This document shows, in pieces, positions 28,285-37,879 of a stretch of DNA of 64,000 nt; position 1 is the first letter of the stretch; every line of letters begins with the position of its first letter. Position numbers and translations under genes: made by a program. A model generated the notes under the pieces. The model did no database searches. It saw only the letters and a list, made by a program, of their open reading frames with translations, and was not told the DNA's origin. This DNA is from a virus, in the IMG/VR virus record IMGVR_UViG_3300015263_000944, positions 43,395 to 107,394 of that record, one strand, 5' to 3'.

Positions 28285-28974
28285 ATGCCACACACGTTTT
28301 CTAAGATCATCAAATGGACCATCGGACAACCTCACAATGCTGGCTATTCGTGTTTAAGGCACGCCATGCTGACAATGAGAAGGTTGATCCCCGATGCTCA
28401 TCTCGTCGTCTGTCACAACGGCGAACGTGATCCCATCCCATGGCCCGCCGACGAGATCATCGATCAAAGGACGATCAACTTCAACCTACCCTACGACCCC
28501 AGCGGGCCGGGCTGGAAGCTCTATCCTCCACGATTGAACATCGATGCGTGGGAATTATGGTTGGATAACGATCTGATTCTCTACGAGATGCCGCCAGCCA
28601 TTGAGGAATTCTTCCAGAGCGATAGATTGTTGATTTCAGAAGCGTTCAAGCGTTCTTATTCCGAACGCTTTGATTCGCTGGTGCCACAAGGGGTCAACTA
28701 CAATAGCGGCATCTTGGGCCTGCCTCCCGGCTTCGACTTCGAGGCTCACCTGACGCCACTGATGCAGGATCGAGTCGGCTGGACAGACCATTTCGATGAA
28801 CAGTCGCTCGTGGCCCACATCTTCCACAAGCATGACCCGCTCATTGTCCCCATGAAGGAAGTGCAGGTTCTACAAGAGCGATACATCAAGGGAAGTCACG
28901 GGATTCATTTCGTGGGTTTGAATGGCGGGGATGTGAAGCACTGGAACCGCTACAAAAGCGAGAGGTTGTTTTGA
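28285..28974 (+). CDS. GT32-like glycosyltransferase paralog B
   Basis: IIKWTIGQ, WLDNDLIL, GILGLPPGFDF and GIHFVGLN blocks. Confidence 0.55.
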   Translation: MPHTFSKIIKWTIGQPHNAGYSCLRHAMLTMRRLIPDAHLVVCHNGERDPIPWPADEIIDQRTINFNLPYDPSGPGWKLYPPRLNIDAWELWLDNDLILYEMPPAIEEFFQSDRLLISEAFKRSYSERFDSLVPQGVNYNSGILGLPPGFDFEAHLTPLMQDRVGWTDHFDEQSLVAHIFHKHDPLIVPMKEVQVLQERYIKGSHGIHFVGLNGGDVKHWNRYKSERLF

Positions 28975-29789
28975 TCTCATTCATCATCATCTTCCATCCG
29001 AGCAGGATGAGAAACCTACAACAGACATTGAGGTTTCTCGCAAAGAGAGAACCTGTCCTCCACGAATTGATCCTTGTCTGTCAGACCAGTTGTGAGAATG
29101 TGGAGTCGCCTTTTCTGAAGACTCGCCAGATCAATCTGGGACTAGAGACCTATCACAAATCCCGCATGACCAACATTGGTGTCGAGCAAGCGTCAGGGGA
29201 CATCTTGGCTTTGCTCGACAGCGATAGGATTCTGCCGAAAAGTTACTTCGCAAAAATTGGAATGGACATCCGACCCAACCAGATTGTGACCTCAGAGAAG
29301 CTCTTCTTGCTTCTGGACGATTACACGGATGAGCAAATTGAGAACGAGCAAATCGAAGTGATGGAGGATTTTCGCAGTATCTCCAATGAAGGCCGTCGAA
29401 AGAACCTCTTCGCCGGGAATACCGTGATGCTCAAGGAAGACTACTTGAAGATGGGTGGCTATGATGAATCATACATCGGTTACGGCTATGCCGACAGCGA
29501 CATGACCTTGAAAGCCATGAGCACCGGAGCCGAAATCATCTGGACCCAAGATCCAGAGTTACACCTTCAGCACCATTGCGATGTGTGCTGGAAAGACAAG
29601 ATGGTTCCGCAGAACATCTTCAAGATCATGACGGCCACCAATGGATTTCGATTTCACCGAAAGTGGAAGATGCCGCTTGACGATGCCATCAAAAACCTCA
29701 CCCAAGAAATCGAGGCCGACATCAAATCGTATCCAGAAGAACTGGTGAAAGAGTATTGGCAGATGAAGAAGCCATTCATCCTGCTATAG
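28971..29789 (+). CDS. GT-A fold glycosyltransferase (DxD family paralog 2 of 3)
   Basis: LALLDSDRILP and GGYDESYIGYGYADSDMT blocks. Confidence 0.6.
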   Translation: MISFIIIFHPSRMRNLQQTLRFLAKREPVLHELILVCQTSCENVESPFLKTRQINLGLETYHKSRMTNIGVEQASGDILALLDSDRILPKSYFAKIGMDIRPNQIVTSEKLFLLLDDYTDEQIENEQIEVMEDFRSISNEGRRKNLFAGNTVMLKEDYLKMGGYDESYIGYGYADSDMTLKAMSTGAEIIWTQDPELHLQHHCDVCWKDKMVPQNIFKIMTATNGFRFHRKWKMPLDDAIKNLTQEIEADIKSYPEELVKEYWQMKKPFILL

Positions 29790-30633
29790 CCTGATACCGG
29801 GCCAGCACGTCAGTCGAATCCAAATCAAGACCTTCGCCAAAATAGGTGTGCAGCGGCGCACGTTGATGAGCGAAAGCATAATGACTGACGACCATGCCGC
29901 CGAAGATGGCGTTCTGCTTGCCGATCCGCTGGGGCTTGGTGCGGATCAACCAATCCTCCTCCTTGACGTATTCATCGCCCTCTTTCGCCACTTCGCCGTT
30001 GAACTTGGCGAATTCCGAGCCAAACCAACTGATGCAGTTGATCGACGCCATGTGGCCGATGGCTGGCTCTGGCAGCTTCAGAGACGAGAGATCAGGGTAG
30101 GCGTCGAAAAAGACGTTGTGAAGATGGAGACCGATTTGGCCCCCATGCGGCCTCCACTCCTTCTCTTCGTCATAGCCGCTTTGACAAAAGGGATGAGAAC
30201 GAGGAAAGATGCGAAAGTCCATGCAGTTGTTGACGATGACAGGGAAGACCAAGAAGAACTCTGGGTGCTCTCTGCGAAACTGAATGTAACTCTCGAAGGC
30301 ATCCACCTCGATGAAACACACATCGTCATCGATGCGAACGTAGATGGCATCGTCGTCGATGCAGTTTTGAAAGAATGGGGCGATCATGTGCCCCACATGA
30401 TGCACAGACGGGGTGCCTGTGGTCTCGAAGACACCTTCGACTTCAGACTGATAGATCAATTTGAAGTGCGGACTCAGGGAATGAATATGGTGGATGAACT
30501 CCAAATCGTCCGGGTTCTTCGTGTTGACCCAGAGATGGTGTTCATCCACCACATCCTTCAGTTTGAGAATGTAAGGAAGCTGAACCTCTAAGAACCGCTT
30601 CCGTCCGCAGACAGTGACTAGAATCGTTCTCAT
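29776..30633 (-). CDS. Hypothetical protein (DDD motif, possible glycosyltransferase)
   Basis: Start set at MRTILVTVCG (30633), giving ATGA coupling with the radical-SAM gene stop. VRIDDDVCF block. Confidence 0.45.
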   Translation of the reverse strand: MRTILVTVCGRKRFLEVQLPYILKLKDVVDEHHLWVNTKNPDDLEFIHHIHSLSPHFKLIYQSEVEGVFETTGTPSVHHVGHMIAPFFQNCIDDDAIYVRIDDDVCFIEVDAFESYIQFRREHPEFFLVFPVIVNNCMDFRIFPRSHPFCQSGYDEEKEWRPHGGQIGLHLHNVFFDAYPDLSSLKLPEPAIGHMASINCISWFGSEFAKFNGEVAKEGDEYVKEEDWLIRTKPQRIGKQNAIFGGMVVSHYAFAHQRAPLHTYFGEGLDLDSTDVLARYQAIAG

Positions 30634-32144
30634 TGACGTGGGGCGGCAACCAGTTCGAGTTCGACCTCTTCCTTCTTGGCACGACTTTCTTTGGTGAGCT
30701 TGTAGAGTTGCCGAATCTCTTGCGGCAAGACATACCGAGTTGACATACAACCCATGTCGTGGTTGCCGTCATACCCCTTCTCTGCGAACTGGTTGTTGGC
30801 TTTACAGCCACCCATGCACATCGGCAGAACATGGCACTCGTAGCACTCGGCATCGTTCATGGGATTGAACTCGTACTTGTCCAGTCCCTTCGATCCCTTC
30901 GTGGCGAATTCCAGATTTGTGATATGGCCGATGGCATGACTGTCATCGGTCGAGTGGTGCCAGCATTTGATGATCGCACCACTCGGGTTGACGACGAACT
31001 GAAAGTTCTTGTTAGCTGTGCAGGTGTCCCCGGTGAACCGCAGATTGCGTCGATACGCTTCCGCACTTCGCTCCTGTGACCACCGGTTCAAGCTCAACTC
31101 AAAGCGAGCGTGTTCTTCTTTGGTCATCTGGGAGCTACATGCCCCACCACAGCCATCGAAAATGGCGTTGGTGTAGACTCGCACGATGCCCCCGTCCTCA
31201 GACTTCTCCATCCACCCTCGCTCGTGAGCCAGTTCATACAAGGCTTCGACACGATCCTTGTTGATTTTGCTGACGTTGATCCGCAGGGCGACCTGAAGGC
31301 CAGCATCGTAACAGTGGCCGACGTTGCGAATGATGTCCTCAAAAGACGACTTCGGAGATTCTGGGGCCTGCCCGATGATCGGAAGCGATCCAAAATTTGG
31401 ATCGATCTTTTGTCGCTGAGCAATCTGATGCTCGTGCATGTCCTCGATTTTCATCTGGGAAAGATAGGGCCGCAGGGCGTCGTGGTCTTCTTTGATGCCA
31501 TCGACGGTGATTTGCAAACCCTTGATCTTGCACGCTTTCAGACGGTTGATTACATGCGGCGTGAGGGTGGTGCCATTCGTGATGATGAACGGCTCCCACG
31601 GCACGCCGAGCTTCGAGCACAACATGTCGATGTAAGCCGACAGCCGTTCGATGCAACGCATGTTGAGGGTTGGCTCGCCGCCAAACCAAGTAACGCCGAA
31701 ACTCTTCGTGGGCGTAGCTGTAAGGTACTCGTCGAGAAACCTCTCAACCTGTTCTTGCACCTCTTCTGTCATCATCCGCCATTCGGTTTTCTTCTCATAG
31801 CAGTAGGTGCAGCCGAGGTTGCAACGATCTGTGGTCACGATGGTCAGAGCTTTGGCGATGGGAGAATTGACGTTTTCGTCCCAAAATCTGCCAATCGTCT
31901 CCCGCTCATCGAAACCAGCCGGTTTGAGGAATCCGCCGTTCTTCAGGGTCTCCACAAAAGTTGGAGTCGCCAACGAAAAATCGCCGTCCGACAGACGGCG
32001 ATACACCTCTGCCTTTTCGTCACTCAGAAGAAGGAGCGTGCCCTTCATCTGACTATGTAGCAACCAACCATCGTCACACTCAACCAAGGTGTTGTAGCGT
32101 GAGACTTCGTGTGTAGGTCGGCTGCGCCAGAACCAATTGAACAT
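30630..32144 (-). CDS. Radical SAM / SPASM domain enzyme with roughly 100-aa N-terminal extension (possible RRE)
   Basis: CNLGCTYC (CxxxCxxC) at about residue 108, GGEPTLN motif, and a C-terminal Cys-rich SPASM region CYECHVLPMCMGGC. GGAGGAG RBS. Confidence 0.85.
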   Translation of the reverse strand: MFNWFWRSRPTHEVSRYNTLVECDDGWLLHSQMKGTLLLLSDEKAEVYRRLSDGDFSLATPTFVETLKNGGFLKPAGFDERETIGRFWDENVNSPIAKALTIVTTDRCNLGCTYCYEKKTEWRMMTEEVQEQVERFLDEYLTATPTKSFGVTWFGGEPTLNMRCIERLSAYIDMLCSKLGVPWEPFIITNGTTLTPHVINRLKACKIKGLQITVDGIKEDHDALRPYLSQMKIEDMHEHQIAQRQKIDPNFGSLPIIGQAPESPKSSFEDIIRNVGHCYDAGLQVALRINVSKINKDRVEALYELAHERGWMEKSEDGGIVRVYTNAIFDGCGGACSSQMTKEEHARFELSLNRWSQERSAEAYRRNLRFTGDTCTANKNFQFVVNPSGAIIKCWHHSTDDSHAIGHITNLEFATKGSKGLDKYEFNPMNDAECYECHVLPMCMGGCKANNQFAEKGYDGNHDMGCMSTRYVLPQEIRQLYKLTKESRAKKEEVELELVAAPRQ

Positions 32145-32176
32145 ACTTCTCCTCCAGTGAGATCAGCGGCAGCGAT

Positions 32177-32374
32177 TTAGGTCAAGCCAGTACAGGGGGC
32201 CTGAAACGTGCAGTCAGCGAGCTTGAGACCCTTGAGATCTTTGGGGTCTCCCTGTTCCGCTGGCTCATGGACGATTTCGACGCCTTCGTCCTTCTTGGCA
32301 TCTTTGTCTTTGTCGGTGTTGCTCTCAGTGGTAGACTTAGAGAACAACGATGTGAGTCGTTCGAAGAAACTCAT
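32177..32374 (-). CDS. Candidate RiPP precursor peptide (65 aa; C-terminal ADCTFQAPCTGLT)
   Basis: AAGGAGGT RBS 6 nt before the ATG. Charged leader-like N-terminal part. Two Cys in the last 13 residues. It lies 33 nt upstream of the radical SAM/SPASM gene on the same strand. Confidence 0.5.
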   Translation of the reverse strand: MSFFERLTSLFSKSTTESNTDKDKDAKKDEGVEIVHEPAEQGDPKDLKGLKLADCTFQAPCTGLT

Positions 32375-32420
32375 CGAGTACCTCCTTGGTGGATGATGTT
32401 GTCAGAATTCGACGCTCGTT

Positions 32421-32448
32421 ATTCTAGCAAACAACCCGTATTTCGCAA
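32421..32448 (-). promoter_or_regulatory. Putative sigma70-like promoter for the peptide and radical-SAM operon
   Basis: On the minus strand: TTGCGA, 16-nt spacer, TAGAAT. It sits about 45 nt upstream of the peptide ATG. Confidence 0.4.
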
Positions 32449-32457
32449 GGTTGAATC

Positions 32458-33030
32458 GTGAACAATTACCTGAAACCATATCCGCTCTTTGTGATCGAAA
32501 ACTTCGCCAACGTCGCTGACTTACAAATTCCGAGCCTCAACAGGGTGAGCCGGGACGGCAACCTGAAGTATGAAGAGCGGCAAAATAGCTGGCCCGAGAT
32601 CGATGACCTGATCACCCACTTCTTACAACATGCCGTGCTTCCCTACATCCGTCCTCTGGAAAACGAGTTCCATTTCAAGCTCCCCGAAGACAGATCATAC
32701 GGCTGCGTGATCATGCAGGCAAGAGAGGGTTACGAATTACGGCCCCACACCGACAGCCGAAACCGCCTCGTCTCGGGGGTTTTGTACTTGGAGTCCGACG
32801 TGAAGGGCGGCGAACTGGTCTTCTGTGACCACCCAAACCTTCCCAATCTTCCCCATCTTATGGAACAGGATGTGCCGGATCTTGTGAGAATCGAGCCCAA
32901 ACCGGGAACCTTCGTCTGCTGGCTCAACTCTTTCAACTCCTATCACTACACAACCCCCATGAAAGGCACACGCAATTCTCTCTACATAAGTTGGGAATCA
33001 AAAACGCCGATCTGGGGTGAGAGTGCTTAA
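32458..33030 (+). CDS. 2OG-Fe(II) oxygenase (prolyl 4-hydroxylase-like)
   Basis: HTD ... GGELVF ... H pattern with LRPHTDSRNRLVSGVLYL. GTG start. Confidence 0.7.
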   Translation: MNNYLKPYPLFVIENFANVADLQIPSLNRVSRDGNLKYEERQNSWPEIDDLITHFLQHAVLPYIRPLENEFHFKLPEDRSYGCVIMQAREGYELRPHTDSRNRLVSGVLYLESDVKGGELVFCDHPNLPNLPHLMEQDVPDLVRIEPKPGTFVCWLNSFNSYHYTTPMKGTRNSLYISWESKTPIWGESA

Positions 33031-34387
33031 GTTTTCGAACACACAATCAAAATTTGGACACTGGTTCAACAGCTTCAAGGGCTGGCAAAAGCATCGACGG
33101 CAACTTGTCTTTGTAGAGCCAGACCAACTTAATCAATATCGAGAAGAAGGTCTGGCCCATATCCAGAAATACTATCGTCGGTCGATGCCATTGCCATCGA
33201 GCGTCTTGCCGACACCGCTCTACAGCTATCACAGCAAAGAACTTCGAACATCTGGCTCTCAATCGTCCATTCGGCGACGATACTTGTACTCAAGCCCTCA
33301 ATACGAGTGCATTGAAAATCACCATTGGTGGAGAATCGAGTCGGCTCATGGACTCGAAGAGCCCGGCATTGTATTCGATCTGGGATATTCGCCAACCTAC
33401 TTGCAGCACGAAGAATACCGAGAGAGCTACATCAGTGACTACGATGGCGTTCACGACCCCACAGGCCGACACAACACACATAAGCTAATTTGGTATCGGC
33501 GAAACACCGGCTCTTCGGCACTCGTTGAAACTCTGCAAGAAGCCCGAGATCAAAACCCAAAAATTGTAATGTGCTCGCCCAGCCAAATCGAATTCCTGTA
33601 TGCTCGCTCCGAGGGTAAAGTCCAATTCGATTGCCCGCTCATCTCGACTCGTGAGACACTCTATCCTCATGTCAGAAAAATGGCATTGAAAATGTTTCCC
33701 AAGGTCATAGACAAGATGAGATGTTGGGACGGAGGACTGACCTTCTATGAATGTGCCGAAGGTCGGTTACATGTTTGTGATGAACTTTGTCACGTTGAAC
33801 AACTTGATGATGGACTGCTGGCTTGCACAGATTACTTCAACTTCTCAACGCCATTTCTCAGATATCTAAACGGCGATGCGGGATCGTTGGCTTGTGGACA
33901 TTGTTCATGTGGGGTTTATGGAAACTATCTCACCAAATTCGATGGCGCATCACGATCCCTGATTTGGATCGGAGACTATGCTATCCCCGGATCGCTAGTC
34001 GTAGAAGACATCAATAGTTTGTTCGAGTTCGGCGGCTGTGCCTCGAACGTGTTCTCCCTTTCGATGATCGAGAAGTATCACGGGAACCCATTTGAGGGCT
34101 ATGACATTCTGTATCGAGTTATTCAACACAAAGATGAATCAATCGAATTTCTCTACCATTCCAAACCATCACTGGGAGATACGCAGTTAGCTGCTCTGCG
34201 AGACGGCTTGAACTTCATATTCTATCGACAGGTCAGCGAGGGTCTCACTATTCATCAACACGAATCTGCATTTATGGTTGCGCCCAAACCTCTTGCCATC
34301 TCAGCCGATCCAGATCTGATGTCACACACTCGGGGAGCCAGACACAAGAGCCGATGTGTGGAGTCTCACATAAGCAAAGGTGTGTAA
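33017..34387 (+). CDS. Hypothetical large protein (possible adenylate-forming-like)
   Basis: 456-aa ORF with several Cys clusters. No firm family assignment. Confidence 0.45.
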   Translation: MRVLKFSNTQSKFGHWFNSFKGWQKHRRQLVFVEPDQLNQYREEGLAHIQKYYRRSMPLPSSVLPTPLYSYHSKELRTSGSQSSIRRRYLYSSPQYECIENHHWWRIESAHGLEEPGIVFDLGYSPTYLQHEEYRESYISDYDGVHDPTGRHNTHKLIWYRRNTGSSALVETLQEARDQNPKIVMCSPSQIEFLYARSEGKVQFDCPLISTRETLYPHVRKMALKMFPKVIDKMRCWDGGLTFYECAEGRLHVCDELCHVEQLDDGLLACTDYFNFSTPFLRYLNGDAGSLACGHCSCGVYGNYLTKFDGASRSLIWIGDYAIPGSLVVEDINSLFEFGGCASNVFSLSMIEKYHGNPFEGYDILYRVIQHKDESIEFLYHSKPSLGDTQLAALRDGLNFIFYRQVSEGLTIHQHESAFMVAPKPLAISADPDLMSHTRGARHKSRCVESHISKGV

Positions 34388-34950
34388 CTCGCTTTATTGC
34401 GATGTGGAAATTCAACATCAGGAATGTCTTTACCCAAGAAACCACATAACTTTTCCCAACCATCGCCGTCGCAGATGTTCATCACCAACAGATCATCTGG
34501 GCGATCCTTGAAGTATTCCATCACCGATTTAGTGTGCTTCTCGTAAATGTGTGCAAACCGCTCACGTTGAAAATAGAAGGTGCCAAATGTAACAGCGGTG
34601 ATGAATAAAGCAAACTTGGATCTCGTCTCCATGCCATCCCGCCAATCTCTGTGGTTTCCTAACCAGTGGTAATTCACAGATCGCAACCAAGAATTCACAT
34701 CACGTTCTGTGAGGATGAACTTGCTGCCGGGGAAAGCCTCGTCCAACTCGACGTAGAACGGAGCGACACTAAGATCGCAAGCCCCATCACATTGCTTGAC
34801 CACATCCAACTCATAGTCGCCATGAATCAATTGTTCATATGTTCGATCATCGTGCGGATAATGAACGATGTGAACTCCCAGATGGTGCAGAGCCACATAT
34901 AAGCTGGTTGTGCCAGTCCTCTGAAGACCTATGCCGAAAACTTTGTTCAT
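34366..34950 (-). CDS. Sulfotransferase family protein
   Basis: MNKVFGIGLQRTGTTSL (5'-PSB) and FILTERDVNSWLRS (3'-PB-like) motifs. Start taken at M31. Confidence 0.65.
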   Translation of the reverse strand: MNKVFGIGLQRTGTTSLYVALHHLGVHIVHYPHDDRTYEQLIHGDYELDVVKQCDGACDLSVAPFYVELDEAFPGSKFILTERDVNSWLRSVNYHWLGNHRDWRDGMETRSKFALFITAVTFGTFYFQRERFAHIYEKHTKSVMEYFKDRPDDLLVMNICDGDGWEKLCGFLGKDIPDVEFPHRNKASYTPLLM

Positions 34951-35489
34951 TTCAAATATCCAAACGATGCTGAGATTCTGGGAATGAGTCCTACCACTTC
35001 TTGGCACTCGTGATAGTGTTTGTTGGCGAGGAAATACCACGCATCTCCAGCATTCAGATCCAGCACATCATCTTCTATCACTGGCAGACCTCCTGAATCC
35101 GGCTTGGAGATCAAAAGGTTGAATCTCATATGGTCGTAGTTATCATAGCCATAGTTGTCATCAATGTGACGTGGCACGCTGCAACCTTCGCAAACAAACT
35201 CGATGTTCGCCACACAATACGGATGATACATCTTCTGAGATTTTGTCAGTTGGAGTCCAAAATCTCTCAATTCATAGAACGGTTCGGGGATTCTGTCAGA
35301 AACGAAACACGTCTCTTTTTTGTCAAAATCTGGCCGCTTGTCGAACACCGACAATCTTAAAGTACCACCTTTGGTTCCATTCCCCTGCCAAATTCCCGGA
35401 ATTGCCAATTCCTTGTGATCCAAACACCACTTGTGTATTTGGCTCAATTTCGTATAATTCAGGACATTGCGACATACTGTGTAGCTCAT
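34947..35489 (-). CDS. Hypothetical protein, possible cupin-fold oxygenase
   Basis: PRHIDD ... KHYHE pattern (HxD ... H). Confidence 0.4.
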   Translation of the reverse strand: MSYTVCRNVLNYTKLSQIHKWCLDHKELAIPGIWQGNGTKGGTLRLSVFDKRPDFDKKETCFVSDRIPEPFYELRDFGLQLTKSQKMYHPYCVANIEFVCEGCSVPRHIDDNYGYDNYDHMRFNLLISKPDSGGLPVIEDDVLDLNAGDAWYFLANKHYHECQEVVGLIPRISASFGYLK

Positions 35490-35523
35490 GCTTTATTTAG
35501 AGTGAGCCCAGAAAGGAAACAAA

Positions 35524-36288
35524 ATGAGCAGCGACCGAATCTATGCCCGAGTAATGAGTGAAGGAACCCCGACCAACCGCCAACCATGGATGTTGGCGAC
35601 GGCTCGACACATGGCTCGGCTTAGCGTAGACCGATTCCAAAAATTGCATTCAGACGCACCAAGAACCAATCTTGATCTGGGCTGCGGCGTCGGCGAATTC
35701 ACAAAAATGTTGACAGCCGCCGAATTCCAGTGTGTCGGGATCGACCAGAATGAGATCTTCGTTGAAGTTGCCCGAGAGCGAAACCCCAAGGGGAACTATG
35801 GGGTTGGCGACTTCTTGAAGGCTGATCTGGGTGGCGAGTTTGGCATCGTCAGTGCCACACATGAAGTGTTCAACATGACAGAGAACTACGGGACATTTCT
35901 GAGTCGAGCATCTCGGCGAGTGGCCCCCGGTGGATTCTTTGTCTTTGATATCATTACTCCCCGAGGCTTCCAAACATGGCAGGACATACAAATCCAAGAG
36001 CGTTCGGATTTCGTGATGATCCAAAAGTGCATCTACGACGAGGAACTTCGACGAGCCACCATCAAGTTGACGGGCCTTGTCCAAAATGGCGAGCATTATG
36101 ATCGCTTCGATGTGGTCGGCGATGTCTTCAATCACGACATCAACATGGTGGCCGAAACGGTTGCAGAGCTTGGGATGAAGATCGAGTTCTTCCCTGAATG
36201 GGGCAACTTGGTGGATGACGGCTTCGAGAATCCAGACAATCCAACGGTAGATAAGACAACGAGCTTGCTTGCTGTGTTGACCAAATGA
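35524..36288 (+). CDS. Class I SAM-dependent methyltransferase
   Basis: Motif I LDLGCGVGEF; 254 aa. Confidence 0.75.
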   Translation: MSSDRIYARVMSEGTPTNRQPWMLATARHMARLSVDRFQKLHSDAPRTNLDLGCGVGEFTKMLTAAEFQCVGIDQNEIFVEVARERNPKGNYGVGDFLKADLGGEFGIVSATHEVFNMTENYGTFLSRASRRVAPGGFFVFDIITPRGFQTWQDIQIQERSDFVMIQKCIYDEELRRATIKLTGLVQNGEHYDRFDVVGDVFNHDINMVAETVAELGMKIEFFPEWGNLVDDGFENPDNPTVDKTTSLLAVLTK

Positions 36289-36848
36289 TTGTATGCCACG
36301 AACCCAAATTTGCTTTCATCCGTAATCCGAAAACGGCGTCCCGATCCGTAACAAAAATCCTCCAAGACAATTTCACGGTTTGGGATTGTTCCGATTACCA
36401 CGGCTGGATCTTGCCCGAGGCGTGTCAGGATTACTTCACATTCATGTTTGTGAGGAATCCATTCAGTCGCACTGTCTCGGCATGGTTGCACGTCTGCGAA
36501 GATCGCATCAGAGTGGGAAGAGCCTCCTCCCCATCGCTGGCTCAGTTTGTTGATTACGGCGGATTTGGGCTCCACAACGCAAGGAACTATTTCAAGCAAT
36601 CGGATTTGCTGAAATGGATCGAAGCCGATACCAAAAGTAAGGTGACAATCTTAAAGTACGAGAATTTGGCAGAAGAGATTCGGAATCTCCCATTCATGCC
36701 AGAAGGAATCGAGTTGCCGCACATTGGCAACTCTGGAAAAGACTGGATGTCTTTTTACACGCCCGAGATCGAGGAAAGAGTTCGCCAAGCTCTGGCAGAG
36801 GATTTTGAAACCTTCGGATATCACGACAGGATTTCAATTTCCATGTGA
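36285..36848 (+). CDS. Carbohydrate sulfotransferase-like (Sulfotransfer_2 type)
   Basis: FAFIRNPKTASRS (5'-PSB) and FMFVRNPFSRTVSAW (3'-PB RDPxxRxxSA-like) motifs. Confidence 0.65.
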   Translation: MIVCHEPKFAFIRNPKTASRSVTKILQDNFTVWDCSDYHGWILPEACQDYFTFMFVRNPFSRTVSAWLHVCEDRIRVGRASSPSLAQFVDYGGFGLHNARNYFKQSDLLKWIEADTKSKVTILKYENLAEEIRNLPFMPEGIELPHIGNSGKDWMSFYTPEIEERVRQALAEDFETFGYHDRISISM

Positions 36849-36892
36849 ACCAAATCGTCGATCCGAGGCTCTGTTATCTCAAGGAGGAGATT

Positions 36893-37822
36893 ATGTCGAG
36901 CACAACGCAACAACTCATGGAAAAAGGGCTCATCAAGGATGCCCCGCCTTTCCTCAAAACCAACGTCCATTACGAGACGATCATGGGCTCACACGCCTAT
37001 GGTGTCGCCGATACGAGTGTGCGTGACAAGATCCCGGACTATGACGTGTACGGGTTCGCTATTCCTCCCAAGGAATACATCTTCAAGCACCTGACAGGAT
37101 GGATTCCGGGTTTTGGCCCCGAGCCTCCGGGCTTCGAGCAGTGGCAGCGTCATCACATCATGGATCAGGACGCCATTGCTGGGAAGGGCAAGGAATGGGA
37201 CTTGAGCATCTTCAGCATCGTGAAGTTCTTCGAATTGTGTCGGGACAACAACCCCAACATGATCGACAGCCTCTTCACGCCCGAGAACTGTGTGATTCAC
37301 TGCACGATGATCGGGCGGATGGTGCGTGACAACCGCAAACTCTTCTTGTCCAAGAGGGCATGGAAGAAGTTTCGTGGATATGCTCACAGCCAGTTGAAGA
37401 AGATGAACGACAAGAACCCCATCGGAAAGCGTAAGGAGATCATCGAGAAGCACGGCTTCGACGTGAAGTTTGCTTACCACATCATCCGTCTCTTGGACGA
37501 AGTGGAGCAAGTCATGTTGGAAGGCGACATCGACCTCCAGCGTGCCCGAGAACCGATGAAGGCCATCCGTCGAGGCGACTGGACGGCAGATGAGGTTCGC
37601 AACTGGGCGATGGAAAAAGAGCGAGTTCTGGAAGCGGTTTACTCTGAATGTAAGCTTCCTACAGAGCCTCCCGTCGAGCCTCTGCGGCAACTTCTGATGA
37701 ACTGTCTGGAGGAGCACTACGGATCGCTTCAGGACTGCGTGGCCCAAACCGGATGGGCGGAAAATTCGCTCATGCAGATTGACGAAATCCTCAACAGAAT
37801 TCGTGCCAGTCTGTACAAGTAA
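36893..37822 (+). CDS. Pol-beta superfamily nucleotidyltransferase domain protein
   Basis: AAGGAGGAG RBS before the ATG at 36893. GS...(13)...DYD pattern (MGSHAYGVADTSVRDKIPDYDV). Confidence 0.5.
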   Translation: MSSTTQQLMEKGLIKDAPPFLKTNVHYETIMGSHAYGVADTSVRDKIPDYDVYGFAIPPKEYIFKHLTGWIPGFGPEPPGFEQWQRHHIMDQDAIAGKGKEWDLSIFSIVKFFELCRDNNPNMIDSLFTPENCVIHCTMIGRMVRDNRKLFLSKRAWKKFRGYAHSQLKKMNDKNPIGKRKEIIEKHGFDVKFAYHIIRLLDEVEQVMLEGDIDLQRAREPMKAIRRGDWTADEVRNWAMEKERVLEAVYSECKLPTEPPVEPLRQLLMNCLEEHYGSLQDCVAQTGWAENSLMQIDEILNRIRASLYK

Positions 37823-37827
37823 TCTTT

Positions 37828-37857
37828 GGGGCGAGCCTTGTGCTCGCCCCTTTTTGT
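37828..37857 (+). terminator. Rho-independent terminator
   Basis: GGGGCGAGC-cttgt-GCTCGCCCC hairpin followed by TTTTTG. Confidence 0.6.
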
Positions 37858-37879
37858 TGCTGCGCCACTCTATTCTTGT

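Noticed and set aside
31110-32060. 316-aa plus-strand ORF
   Set aside because: It is antisense to the radical SAM/SPASM gene, whose CxxxCxxC and SPASM motifs are on the minus strand.
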